A DNA stretch of 32,000 bases from an archaeon. GTDB lineage: Archaea > Iainarchaeota > Iainarchaeia > Iainarchaeales > 1-14-0-10-31-34. Shown in pieces: positions 1 through 9,773 of this stretch; the first letter of the stretch is position 1, and the number at the start of each line of letters is the position of its first letter. The stretch is from NCBI GenBank assembly GCA_024277355.1, contig JAJRVL010000001.1, forward strand, positions 30,001 to 62,000, in the 5' to 3' direction. The position numbers and the translations under genes were made by a program. The notes under the pieces are model-generated. The model did no database searches, had not been told where the DNA came from, and was given only the letters and a program-made list of their open reading frames with translations.

Positions 1-744
1 ATCAATGAAGGGTATGAAAAAGAAAGAATTTTTACTGTAGGAAATCCAGTAGTAGATGCATTAAAATTTGCAGAAAAAAGAATAAAAGAAAGTTCAATTT
101 TTGAAAAATATCCAGTATTAGAAGAAGGCAATTTAATCAGGTTTTGTATTCACAGAAGAGAAAATATTTCTTCAAAGCATCGATTTAAAGTTTTATATAA
201 TTCAATGGTTTCATTAATTAAAGAAGGAAGAAATGTATTATTAATTTCTTTAGGTTCAACAGAAAAAGCATTAGAGTTTTATGATTTAAAAAACAAAACA
301 AAAGAATTAGCAGAAAAACACAAAAACTTTATTTACAGCGAGGTATGGCCGCAGTATACTGATGTAATTGCAGCAATGAAAAAATGCAGTGTAATTGCAA
401 CTGATTCAGGTTCAATTCAGGAAGAAACAAACACTTTAGGCATTCCTGGAGTTGTATTAAGATTTAATTCAGACAGACCTGAAGCAGTATTTGAAGGAAG
501 CAATATTATTGCTCCGCCGATTAAAACAGAAATTGTAACAAAAATAATTCAGGATGTAATGGATTCAGATTTAAATAAACAAATGAAAAATTCAAAAAAA
601 TTATACGGCGAAAATGTTTCAGAAAAAATAGTTTCAATAACAAAAAAAATAACTGAAAAAGAAGAATTATTCGAATTATTTGAACATGAAAGATTAGGTT
701 TAAGCAAAAAAGATTTCTGGGAAAAAGGAGGCATTGAATGGTAA
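1..744 (+). CDS. wecB: UDP-N-acetylglucosamine 2-epimerase (non-hydrolysing), 5'-truncated by window edge
   Basis: Frame 1 is open from base 1 (INEGYEKERIFTVGNPVVDAL...) and runs into track ORF 205..744. Contains DSGSIQEETNTLGIPGVVLRFNSDRPE, typical of the WecB/MnaA epimerase_2 family. Stop TAA 742-744. Confidence 0.85.
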   Translation: MNEGYEKERIFTVGNPVVDALKFAEKRIKESSIFEKYPVLEEGNLIRFCIHRRENISSKHRFKVLYNSMVSLIKEGRNVLLISLGSTEKALEFYDLKNKTKELAEKHKNFIYSEVWPQYTDVIAAMKKCSVIATDSGSIQEETNTLGIPGVVLRFNSDRPEAVFEGSNIIAPPIKTEIVTKIIQDVMDSDLNKQMKNSKKLYGENVSEKIVSITKKITEKEELFELFEHERLGLSKKDFWEKGGIEW

Positions 745-1613
745 AAACAGCAAGCATAGTTATTTTGACTTTTAACAGAGAAGAAGTAATAAACAAAACA
801 GTCAAGGCAATGCTTGAGTTGGAATACGATGAAAATGCATTTGAAGTAATAGTAATAAATGATGAAAGCAAAGATAACACAAAAAAAATTCTTGAAAAAT
901 TTAAAGATAAAAAATTAACTGTAATTCATAACAAAAAAGAAAAAGGCCCTTGTGAAGCAAGAAATCAGGGAATTAATTCAGCAAAAAATGACTTCATAAT
1001 AATAATGGATGACGACTGCATTCCAGAAAAAAACTGGTTAAAACAAATGATTTCAGGATTTGATTCAGATAAAGTAGGGATGGTTTCAGGTTATTCTTTG
1101 CATGGAGGAACATCAACTGCTTTCAGCAGAAAAGCATTAGAAAAAGCAGGTTTATATGACAAAGAATATTTTTATTACAGAGAAGATACAGATTTAGTTT
1201 TCAGAATAATGGATGCAGGATTTCAAATTAAACAGGTTAACGCAAAATATTTACATGACCATAAAATGGAAAAACCAAAAAATATAATTGAATTTTTAAA
1301 GCATTCATGGAAAAGAATTCAAAACCATAAAAATGATGTATTGCTTTACAAAAAAAACCCTGAAAGAACAAAAAAATTTTTAGATGTAAAATTTGGTTTT
1401 TTAATTAATCCATTAAATGACTTTAAGGCTGCAACAGGTTTATGGCATAAAGGCGGAAAAATGAATTTAAGTTCTCCAAGAGGAATAGTTTTTATGGAAA
1501 ACAAAAGTTTATTGCATTCAATTATAATTCTATTTGGCGGAATATTTTATGTAATAGCAGTAAAAAGCATAAGATTTTATGCAAGCTTAAAATTCAGGAA
1601 ATTTTTAATTTAA
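738..1613 (+). CDS. Family 2 glycosyltransferase
   Basis: N-terminus SIVILTFNREE...VIVINDESKDNT and DDDCIPEKNWL (GT-A fold with DxD-type motif). AAGGAGG SD 6 nt upstream. ATG overlaps the wecB stop. Hydrophobic C-terminus. Confidence 0.85.
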   Translation: MVKTASIVILTFNREEVINKTVKAMLELEYDENAFEVIVINDESKDNTKKILEKFKDKKLTVIHNKKEKGPCEARNQGINSAKNDFIIIMDDDCIPEKNWLKQMISGFDSDKVGMVSGYSLHGGTSTAFSRKALEKAGLYDKEYFYYREDTDLVFRIMDAGFQIKQVNAKYLHDHKMEKPKNIIEFLKHSWKRIQNHKNDVLLYKKNPERTKKFLDVKFGFLINPLNDFKAATGLWHKGGKMNLSSPRGIVFMENKSLLHSIIILFGGIFYVIAVKSIRFYASLKFRKFLI

Positions 1614-1623
1614 GGTGAAAGAA

Positions 1624-3105
1624 ATGACGTATAAAATTTTAATGTTAAATCCTCCGTTTAAAAAAGATTATTCAAGACAAAGCCGTTCTCCCTGCGTAAC
1701 AAAAAGCCGCACTATGTATTATCCTTATTATTTAGCTTATGCAACAGGCGCATTAGAAAAAGCAGGATATAAACCTGAATTAATTGATGCAATTGTAATG
1801 AACTGGACTACAGAAAAAACAGTTGAATACATAAAAGAAAAAAAATTTGATTTAATTATAATGGATACAAGTACTCCAAGCATATTAAATGATTTAAAAA
1901 CAGCAGAAGCAATTAAGAAAGAATTACCTGACTGCCATATTTCAATGGTTAATACTCATCCAACAAATATGCCTGAATGGACTTTAAGACAAACCAAAGC
2001 AGTTGACTCAGTTTGCATTGGAGAATTTGATAATACAGTTGTGTTTTTAGCTGATGCATTAAGCAAAAGAAAAAGTTTAAATGACGTTCAGGGAACTGCA
2101 TTTATAGAAAACAATAAGTTTATACATAATGGTTCAGGGAAATTAGTTGAAAACTTAGATGAACTACCTTTTGTTTCAGAAATTTATATGAGGCATTTTG
2201 GCGAAAAACAAATTAAAGAATATTTTTATGCTTCAATCCAATGGCCTGAAATCCAGATGCTTACTGCAAGAGGATGCAAGTTTGGATGCAGTTTCTGCAA
2301 TATTCCAATGAAGCAAAGTTACAGGGCAAGAAGCATTCCAAATGTCATTGAAGAACTGAAATATATTCAAAAAAACATGCCTTTCTTAAACGAAATCATG
2401 TTTGAAGACGATACTTTTCCAATGGTGAAAGAAAGGACAATTGATTTATGCAATGCAATGATTAAAGAAGGAATAAAATTAACATGGAGCTGTAATGCAA
2501 GAGTTAACACTGATTTAGAAACCCTGCAGAAAATGAAGGAAGCAGGCGGAAGATTAACTTGTGTTGGCTTTGAAACGCCGACTCAACAAGTGTTAAACAG
2601 TGTAATTAAAGGGCAAAATAAAGTTATGCAGGTTGAATTCAAAAAAAGGGCGGATAAAGCAGGAATTTTAGTTAATGGATGCTTTATTTTAGGTCTGCCA
2701 AATGATACTCCTGAAACAATGCAGGCAACAATTGATTTTGCAAAATTTTTGAATTCAAATACTTCTCAATTTTATCCAATGATGGTTTATCCAGGAACTA
2801 AAGCATTTCAATGGGCAAAAGAAAATAATTTTATTTCAACAGAAGATTTCAGTAAATGGTTAACGCCGGAAGGACTGCATAATACTGTTATTAAAAGACC
2901 TGAACTTTCTCCTGAAGAAGTATTAAAATGGTGCAATAAAGCAAGAATGGATTTTTATGCAAAAAATCCAAGATACTGGAAAAAAGCAATAATTCAATCC
3001 ATTAAAAATCCAAAAGAAGGAATAAGAATTGCAAAAGCAGGAAAAGTATTAATCAAGCATTTAGCTAAATCTATTTTATCAAAAGATGCTAAAGTGAAAA
3101 AATGA
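1624..3105 (+). CDS. B12-binding-domain radical SAM enzyme (class B type)
   Basis: N-terminal Rossmann-like B12-binding region (YKILMLNPPF...DLIIMDTS) followed by the radical SAM cluster motif CKFGCSFC (CxxxCxxC). The track ORF starts at GTG 1615, but GGTGA (1614-1618) sits 5 nt before ATG 1624, so ATG 1624 is preferred. Confidence 0.8.
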   Translation: MTYKILMLNPPFKKDYSRQSRSPCVTKSRTMYYPYYLAYATGALEKAGYKPELIDAIVMNWTTEKTVEYIKEKKFDLIIMDTSTPSILNDLKTAEAIKKELPDCHISMVNTHPTNMPEWTLRQTKAVDSVCIGEFDNTVVFLADALSKRKSLNDVQGTAFIENNKFIHNGSGKLVENLDELPFVSEIYMRHFGEKQIKEYFYASIQWPEIQMLTARGCKFGCSFCNIPMKQSYRARSIPNVIEELKYIQKNMPFLNEIMFEDDTFPMVKERTIDLCNAMIKEGIKLTWSCNARVNTDLETLQKMKEAGGRLTCVGFETPTQQVLNSVIKGQNKVMQVEFKKRADKAGILVNGCFILGLPNDTPETMQATIDFAKFLNSNTSQFYPMMVYPGTKAFQWAKENNFISTEDFSKWLTPEGLHNTVIKRPELSPEEVLKWCNKARMDFYAKNPRYWKKAIIQSIKNPKEGIRIAKAGKVLIKHLAKSILSKDAKVKK

Positions 3106-4064
3106 TTTCTGTTATTGTTCCTGCATTTAATTCAGAAAAAACTATTGGAAAAACAATTTCTTCTGTTTTAGAACAAAAAACAGCAAAAGAATTTGAATTA
3201 ATTATAGTTGATGATAAATCAACAGACAATACTGTAAAAAAAATAAAAGAATTTAAAAAAGTAATTTTAGTTGAACAAAAAAAAAATTCAGGTCCCGCAG
3301 TTGCAAGAAATTCAGGAGCAGAAAAAGCTAAAGGAGAAATAATTCTTTTTACTGATGCTGATTGTGTTGCAGAAAAAAACTGGTTAGAAGAAATGATTAA
3401 GCCATTTGAAAACCCTGAAGTTATCGGAGTTCAGGGAGCATATAAAACAAAACAAAATTCTTTGACTGCAAGATTTGTTCAGATTGAAATTGAAGACAGA
3501 TATGATTTAATGAAAAAAAAAGAATTCATTGATTTTATTGGAAGTTATTCAGCAGGATACAGGAAAAAAACTTTTTTAGAGTTTAATGGTTTTAATGAAA
3601 ATTTTCCTGCTGCTTCAGGCGAAGACCCTGAATTAAGTTTTAGAATGGAAAAAAAAGGATTAAAATTAGTTTTTAATTCTAATGCAGTTGTTTATCATTT
3701 ACATCCTGAAGATTTTATGAAATATTTAAAAATAAAGTTTTGGAGAGGTTACTGGAGAATATTAATGTACAAAACACACAAAGACAAAATAATAAAAGAT
3801 TCTTATACTCCTCAAATACTAAAATTCCAGATAATTTTAATGTATGCAATGTTAATTGGATTAATAATAAATCCATTTATTTCAATTAAATTACTTCCTT
3901 TTTTTGGATTTATAATTATTTTTAGTATTACTTTGATTCCTTTTACAGTTAAAGCATTACAAAAAGATTTTTTTATTGGATTAATTTCTCCAGTAATAAT
4001 TTATTTCAGAACAACTGCTTTTTGTATGGGATTGGTTTGGGGTTTAATTAAGGTGAAAAAATGA
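3102..4064 (+). CDS. Family 2 glycosyltransferase with C-terminal membrane segments
   Basis: MISVIVPAFNSEKTIGKTISSVLEQ...IIVDDKSTDNT...DADCVAEKNWL. The C-terminal ~90 aa are hydrophobic. ATGA overlap with the upstream stop. Confidence 0.85.
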   Translation: MISVIVPAFNSEKTIGKTISSVLEQKTAKEFELIIVDDKSTDNTVKKIKEFKKVILVEQKKNSGPAVARNSGAEKAKGEIILFTDADCVAEKNWLEEMIKPFENPEVIGVQGAYKTKQNSLTARFVQIEIEDRYDLMKKKEFIDFIGSYSAGYRKKTFLEFNGFNENFPAASGEDPELSFRMEKKGLKLVFNSNAVVYHLHPEDFMKYLKIKFWRGYWRILMYKTHKDKIIKDSYTPQILKFQIILMYAMLIGLIINPFISIKLLPFFGFIIIFSITLIPFTVKALQKDFFIGLISPVIIYFRTTAFCMGLVWGLIKVKK

Positions 4065-5139
4065 AAGTACTTCACATCTCACACCATTTTTCTCCTTGTA
4101 TTGGCGGAACAGAAAAATATATAATGGATTTATGTTTAGCTTCAAAAAAAAAGGAATTCAGACAGAAGTAGTTTGTCTGAATAAATGTTCAGGCAGTAAA
4201 AAAAAATTAAAAAAAACAGAAACAATTCACGGAATAAAAGTAACAAGAATTCCTTTTATTGACTTAAAAATGTATAAAATTGCATTAAAAGTTTCAGAGC
4301 ATTTAAAAGATTTTGATTTAATTCATGTGCATGGAATAGGTTTTTTTTCCGATTATATTATATCAAAAAGAAATGAACACAAAAAACCAGTAGTAATTTC
4401 AACTCATGGAGGAATATTCCACACAAACAAAAAAAGTTTACTGAAGAAATTTTATCATAATTACTGGTTAAATTATTATTTAAAAAAAGCAGACAAAATA
4501 ATTGCAGACAGCAAAAATGACTTTGAGCAGTTTAAAAAAATTTCAGATAACGTAATTTTAATTCAAAATGCAGTTGATACAAAAAAATTTGAATTCAAGG
4601 GAAAAAAGAATTTCAATAAATGTGTTTTTATAGGAAGAATATCAAAAAATAAAAGAATTGATTTATTGATTGACAGGTTTAGCGAAACACAAGGAAAAAC
4701 ACTGGAAATAATCGGAGAAGACTTTGATAAACTAAGAAAAGAATTAGAAAAAAAAATAAAAGAAAAAAAACTGGAAAAAAGAATCTTTTTCAGAGGCAAA
4801 ATAAGCGAAAAAGAATTAATCAAAAAAGTAAAGCAGTCTGGATTTCATTTGTCTGCATCAGAATATGAAGGCTTTGGAATGGCAGTAATTGAATCAATAG
4901 CTTCAGGAACAATCCCTGTATTAAATAACATTAAAGCTTTCAGAGAATTAATTAAAAACAAAAAAAATGGTTATTTAATTGATTACACAAAAAAAGGATC
5001 ATTAAAAAAAATATTTGAAACAAAAGAATCAGAATTAAATAAAGTTTCTTCTGAATGCATTAAAGAAGCAAAAAATTATTCCTGGAAAAAAAAGGTGAAA
5101 GAAATTGAAAAAATCTACAAGAATTGCATTAATAAATGA
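4061..5139 (+). CDS. Family 4 (GT-B) glycosyltransferase, reading frame interrupted (-1) at an A9 run
   Basis: ATG 4061 (ATGA overlap with the upstream stop, GGTGA SD 4052-4056) encodes MKVLHISHHFSPCIGGTEKYIMDLCLASKKK, a classic GT4 N-terminus, then hits TAG 4169-4171. The remainder (GIQTEVVCLNK...SEYEGFGMAVIESIASG) lies in the -1 frame and equals track ORF 4096..5139. The frames join at A-run 4144-4152. Confidence 0.8.
4156..4182 (+). promoter_or_regulatory. Perfect 9-bp stem / 9-nt loop hairpin just downstream of the GT4 slippery heptamer (candidate frameshift stimulator)
   Basis: ATTCAGACA (4156-4164) pairs perfectly with TGTCTGAAT (4174-4182), loop 4165-4173. It starts 2 nt after the heptamer A AAA AAG (4147-4153). 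Confidence 0.3.
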
Positions 5140-6181
5140 CTATAATGAAAAAACAGGAATAGGAAAATACGCCTGCAACTTATTTAATGAATTAGAAAAA
5201 AAAATCGATATTAAAATGGTTTATTTAGGAAAAAAAGAAAATGAAAACGAAAAAATAAAATTTATAGGAGAAGGAATTAATTTTCCGGTGTTAAAAAAAA
5301 CTCTTAATACTCATTATTATTATCCAAAAAAAATTCCAAAAGAATATGATTTGTTTCATTTAAGCAACCAGTTTATTTCCAAAATAGCAGAAAATAATTC
5401 TCCTTCAATTGTCAGCTGTATGGACATAATTCCTTTTGTACTGAAAAAACATTATCCTTTAGCAATGAGAATTTTTCTTGAAAGATCAATGAAGTCAATG
5501 AAAAAAGCAGAAAAAATAATTTCAATTTCAGATTTCACAAAAAAAGAATTAATTGAAAAGTTTGGAATAGACAAAAAAAAGATTAAAACAGTATATTTAG
5601 GTTATGACAAAAAAATTTTCAGAGAAAAAAACAAAAACAAAACAAGAAAAAAACTTGGATTAGAAAAAGAAAAAACTTATTTGTTAAATGTTGGTTCAGA
5701 AGAAAAAAGAAAAAATGTTAATGAATTATTAAAAGCAGTTAAAGACATGGATTTAACTTTGATTAGAATAGGCGAGCAAAGAACTGAAACAAAAAAATTA
5801 ATTGAAAAAGAAAACATAAACAACGTCTTATACATAAATGATGTTTCTGAGCAAAAACTATCAGACTACTATACTGCAGTTGACTTAAGTGTTTTTCCTT
5901 CAGGTTATGAAGGGTTTGGCCTTCCAATACTTGAAGCAATGGCCTGCAGTTCTCCTGTGTTAACAACAAATCAGGCAAGCATTCCTGAAATAACAGGAAA
6001 AAATCCTATTTCAATAGAAAAAATTAATGAATCTGAAATAAAAGAAAAAATAAAAACAGTTCTGACAAATAAATCCTTACAAAAATCAATTAAAAGAAAA
6101 GGATTAAAACAAGCAGAAAAGTTTTCATGGAAGAAATGTGCAAAAAAAACTCTTGAAGTTTATGAAAGTGTGTTAAAATGA
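5105..6181 (+). CDS. Family 4 (GT-B) glycosyltransferase
   Basis: RIALINDYNEKTGIGKYACNL N-terminus and SGYEGFGLPILEAMACSSPVLTT (GT4 E-x7-E region). TTG start with GGTGA SD (5094-5098) 6 nt upstream. Confidence 0.8.
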   Translation: MKKSTRIALINDYNEKTGIGKYACNLFNELEKKIDIKMVYLGKKENENEKIKFIGEGINFPVLKKTLNTHYYYPKKIPKEYDLFHLSNQFISKIAENNSPSIVSCMDIIPFVLKKHYPLAMRIFLERSMKSMKKAEKIISISDFTKKELIEKFGIDKKKIKTVYLGYDKKIFREKNKNKTRKKLGLEKEKTYLLNVGSEEKRKNVNELLKAVKDMDLTLIRIGEQRTETKKLIEKENINNVLYINDVSEQKLSDYYTAVDLSVFPSGYEGFGLPILEAMACSSPVLTTNQASIPEITGKNPISIEKINESEIKEKIKTVLTNKSLQKSIKRKGLKQAEKFSWKKCAKKTLEVYESVLK

Positions 6182-6816
6182 ATGGAAAAACAAAACAAGA
6201 ATTCGGAACAATGTTCGAAAGAAGACAAAAAAAAATGATTAAAGAAAAAAGCATTTATTTTCCTTTTGATCCATTGAAATTTTTAGATAAAAAATTTAAG
6301 TTTAATGGAAGAATTCTTGATTTTGGATGCTTAAAAGAAAGTTTTTTTTATAAAAAAACTTTAAGAGAAAAAGGAAATTACAAAGGATTTGATTTAGACT
6401 TAAAGACAGTTGACTGGCTTAAAAAAAATAATTTTTATGCGGATTTCTGGAATACAAAAGAAAAATTTGATTTAATTATTTCAAACCATGTATACGAACA
6501 CATGGAAGCAGAAGAAAGAGAAAAATTTATTGCAAGAAGCTATGAATTATTAAACAAAAACGGAAAATTAATTATGGCTTTTCCTAATATAATAAATCTG
6601 TCAATTGGATTAGAATACTGGACTGATCGCACTCATAAACTGCCTCCTTCTCCTGTAGATGAAGCTTATTTTGCAGAATTATTTGGTTTTAAATCAGAAT
6701 TATTTTTTGCCGGCTTAAGTTTTTATCCGTTAAAATATTTTTCCAGATTAATTGCAAACTTTTTATTAGGATTTAACCCATTGCATAACTGCATTGTAAT
6801 TTGCACAAAAAACTAG
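6178..6816 (+). CDS. Class I SAM-dependent methyltransferase
   Basis: GRILDFGC (motif I-like), FDLIISNHVYEHM, LLNKNGKLIMAFPN. ATGA overlap with the upstream GT4. Confidence 0.65.
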   Translation: MNGKTKQEFGTMFERRQKKMIKEKSIYFPFDPLKFLDKKFKFNGRILDFGCLKESFFYKKTLREKGNYKGFDLDLKTVDWLKKNNFYADFWNTKEKFDLIISNHVYEHMEAEEREKFIARSYELLNKNGKLIMAFPNIINLSIGLEYWTDRTHKLPPSPVDEAYFAELFGFKSELFFAGLSFYPLKYFSRLIANFLLGFNPLHNCIVICTKN

Positions 6817-7727
6817 TGTCCTGTTTTTCTGTCTAAACCTGAAATAAAAAGCAGGCTTCCATGCAGCATTCCTAAACCAAAAACAAGAAAAGTAAACGTT
6901 TTTCCTAAAACAAAAATATTTCTTGTTTTAACTGTTTCATAAACTATTTTTAAATAAATTAAAAAAAAAGGAACTGCAAAAACAATTAAAGGAACAAAGT
7001 AAAATGAAAGAACTGAAAAAATAAAAGAAAGAAAATAAATCATTCTTGAATAAACTGAAATTAACTGGCTTAATTTATGCTGTTTTGGAACTAATTTAAT
7101 AAAAGACAAAGAAGTTTTCCCATACCATAAAGCCTGCTTATACATTTCTCTTAAAGTGTGAACTCCATGTCCTGAAAAAAAAGCATTGTTAATAGTTTTT
7201 TCTTTTAAGTTTTTTTCTTTTACATATTTTTTTAATTTATACAAAAAAATTTGGTCTTCGCCAAAGCCAATTAAAGGAAAACCATCTAATTCTAAAAAAG
7301 TTTTTTTCCTGACAAAACGCGGTTCCATTGACAAACCTGATTTTTTTGTTACGATTTTTTCAATTAAAGTATCCTGAATAGTAGTATAAGCAGTATAAAC
7401 TGCAACAGTTTTTTCATCAAAAGCGTGCATTGATTTTTTTATGAAATCTTTATCTGAAATAAAAAAATCTGCTCCAAGAATACATAAAATTTCTGCACCA
7501 GTTTTTTTTGCTGCAAAATTCCAGCCAAAAGAAGGCCCTCTTCTTCCAGGAGAATTAATGAAAACTTTTGCTCCTTTAGATGTTGCTATTTCAACTGTTT
7601 TGTCTGTTGAGCCATCATCAACTACAATTATTTCTTTATCTTTATATGAATTTGAATTAATGGAATCAATTAATTTTCCAATAAATTCTTCTTCGTTTAA
7701 AGTTGGAATAATTAAACAAACTTTCAT
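6813..7727 (-). CDS. Family 2 glycosyltransferase with C-terminal membrane segments (polyprenyl-phosphate sugar synthase-like architecture)
   Basis: MKVCLIIPTLNEEEFIGKLIDSI...IIVVDDGSTDKTVEIA. The C-terminal ~80 aa are hydrophobic. Confidence 0.8.
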   Translation of the reverse strand: MKVCLIIPTLNEEEFIGKLIDSINSNSYKDKEIIVVDDGSTDKTVEIATSKGAKVFINSPGRRGPSFGWNFAAKKTGAEILCILGADFFISDKDFIKKSMHAFDEKTVAVYTAYTTIQDTLIEKIVTKKSGLSMEPRFVRKKTFLELDGFPLIGFGEDQIFLYKLKKYVKEKNLKEKTINNAFFSGHGVHTLREMYKQALWYGKTSLSFIKLVPKQHKLSQLISVYSRMIYFLSFIFSVLSFYFVPLIVFAVPFFLIYLKIVYETVKTRNIFVLGKTFTFLVFGLGMLHGSLLFISGLDRKTGH

Positions 7728-7733
7728 TTTAAA

Positions 7734-8669
7734 TCAAAAAGAAATTGTTTTTTGTTCTTTAACTGATTTATGACATAAGTCAATTAAATGAACAATTTCT
7801 GCTCCAATTTTTCCGTCTGAAACAGTTTTATGATTATTTTCAACTGCTTTAACAAAAGAATTAATTTCTTCAATTAAAGGATTACTGGCTTGAACAAAAA
7901 CATTTTTTTCTGTCATATCAGAATTGTTAATTAAAGTTATCTGCTGTGTCATGCAGTCAATTAAAGCAGATTTTTCTGAGCCAACAACAAAAACAGTTCG
8001 TTTTTTTTCCGGAGTAACCCAGCTTACATCAATATTAATCAAAGTATTTCCTGCTTTACAATTAATAAACGCAGTTTCATCCTGTGAAGCATTTGTTCTT
8101 GAAGGAATTCCTCTGCAGGAAACTTCATTTGGAAGTTTGCCTAAAATAAAATAAATAATATCTAATGCATGAGGCCCTAAATCAAAATAAATATCTCTGT
8201 TGTCAGTAAAAGGTTCATTTAAATTAGTCCAGACTAATCTGGCCAAAAAGATTTCTCCTAATTCTCCAGTATCAATTAATTCTTTTAATTTAATTAAACC
8301 ATTATTATACCTGAAAATATGGCCGACACTTAACACAAGCTTATTTTTTTCTGCTAATTCAACTAATTCAAATGCTTGTTTTGAATCCAAAGTCATTGGT
8401 TTTTCTAATAAAACATGTTTTCCTTTTTCAAGACATTTTTTTGCTATTTCAAAATGAGTTGAATTTTGAGTGCAAATGCTTACAGCTTTTATTTCAGTAT
8501 CATTAAGCAGTTCATTTAAATCAGTTGTAGTGTTAACTTTATGTTTTTCTTTTACTGCATCAAGATTTTCCTGCTTTAAATCACATACAGTTACATCATG
8601 TTTTGCATTAAAATATTCTCTTACATGATTTTTTCCAAAATATCCTGCACCAATTACTCCAATCTTCAT
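7734..8669 (-). CDS. Gfo/Idh/MocA-family NAD-dependent sugar oxidoreductase (WbpB/WlbA-like)
   Basis: MKIGVIGAGYFGKNHVREY Rossmann motif and the LLEKPM signature. Translationally coupled to the upstream DegT aminotransferase. Confidence 0.8.
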   Translation of the reverse strand: MKIGVIGAGYFGKNHVREYFNAKHDVTVCDLKQENLDAVKEKHKVNTTTDLNELLNDTEIKAVSICTQNSTHFEIAKKCLEKGKHVLLEKPMTLDSKQAFELVELAEKNKLVLSVGHIFRYNNGLIKLKELIDTGELGEIFLARLVWTNLNEPFTDNRDIYFDLGPHALDIIYFILGKLPNEVSCRGIPSRTNASQDETAFINCKAGNTLINIDVSWVTPEKKRTVFVVGSEKSALIDCMTQQITLINNSDMTEKNVFVQASNPLIEEINSFVKAVENNHKTVSDGKIGAEIVHLIDLCHKSVKEQKTISF

Positions 8670-9769
8670 TTTAAAACCTCTTTTAATTTTTCTCCGACAA
8701 ATTCAATTTCTTCTTTAGTTAAATAAGGATGAATTGGCAGAGAAAAAATTTCATTCATTAATTTTTCTGCAACAGGAAAATCTCCTTGTTTATATCCTAA
8801 CTCTGAACAAGCCGGCTGTAAATGTACTGGAACAGGATAATGCTGTCCAGTAAAAATTTCGTTTTGCTTTAAGAAGTCCTGAACTTTAGTTCTGTCTTTA
8901 ACTCTTGCAACATATAAATGATAAACATGTTTTGCATAAGGCATTTCTTTTGGAAGAATTAATCCTTCAATTCCTGATAAAACTTCATTATAATTTTCTG
9001 CTGCTTTTCTTCTTAATTCATTCCAGTTATCTAATTGTTTTAATTTAACATTTAATACTGCTGCCTGTAATGCTTCTAATCGATAATTATAACCTACAAC
9101 TGCATGAGTATTTTTTGGTTTTTCTCCATGAGCTCTTAAAATTCTTGCTTTTTCAATTAATTCTTCATTGCTTCCTGAAATAAACCCGCCTTCACCAAAA
9201 GCTCCAAGATTTTTTGCAGGATAAAAACTAAAACAAGCTAAATCTCCTAAAGAACCAGCTTTTTTTCCATTGTATTCTGCTCCATGAGCCTGACAGGCAT
9301 CTTCAATTAAAGTCAAAGAATTCTTTTCTGTTATTTCTTGTATTGGTTTTATATCTGCTGTCTGACCAAACAAATGAACAGGAATAACTGCTTTAGTTTT
9401 ATCAGTGATTTTTTCTTCAAGTTTTTCTGGATTCATATTAAATGAATCTTCTTGAACATCAACAAAAACCGGTTTAGCTCCAGTATGCATTATTGCTTCA
9501 ACTGTAGCAAAAAAAGTGTTTGGAGTAGTAATAACTTCATCTCCTTTTCCTATTCCTGCAGAAAGCAATGAAACATGTAATGCAGCAGTTCCTGAACTAA
9601 CTCCGACTCCAAATTTTGTTCCGCAATAAGAAGCAAAATTTTCTTCAAAAGAAGAAACAGGATTGCCTAAAACAAAAGCAGTATTATCAACAATTTCATT
9701 TATTGCTTTGTCAATTTCTTCCCTTATTGGTTTATGCAGTTTTTTTAAGTCAACAAAATTTACTTTCAT
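8666..9769 (-). CDS. DegT/DnrJ/EryC1/StrS-family PLP-dependent sugar aminotransferase (WbpE/WlbC-like)
   Basis: MKVNFVDLKKLHKPIREEI..., FSFYPAKNLGAFGEGG (PLP lysine region), YNYRLEALQAAVL. The track ORF begins at 9790, but AAGGAGTGA sits 5 nt before ATG 9769, so 9769 is preferred. Confidence 0.85.
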   Translation of the reverse strand: MKVNFVDLKKLHKPIREEIDKAINEIVDNTAFVLGNPVSSFEENFASYCGTKFGVGVSSGTAALHVSLLSAGIGKGDEVITTPNTFFATVEAIMHTGAKPVFVDVQEDSFNMNPEKLEEKITDKTKAVIPVHLFGQTADIKPIQEITEKNSLTLIEDACQAHGAEYNGKKAGSLGDLACFSFYPAKNLGAFGEGGFISGSNEELIEKARILRAHGEKPKNTHAVVGYNYRLEALQAAVLNVKLKQLDNWNELRRKAAENYNEVLSGIEGLILPKEMPYAKHVYHLYVARVKDRTKVQDFLKQNEIFTGQHYPVPVHLQPACSELGYKQGDFPVAEKLMNEIFSLPIHPYLTKEEIEFVGEKLKEVLK

Positions 9770-9773
9770 TTTT

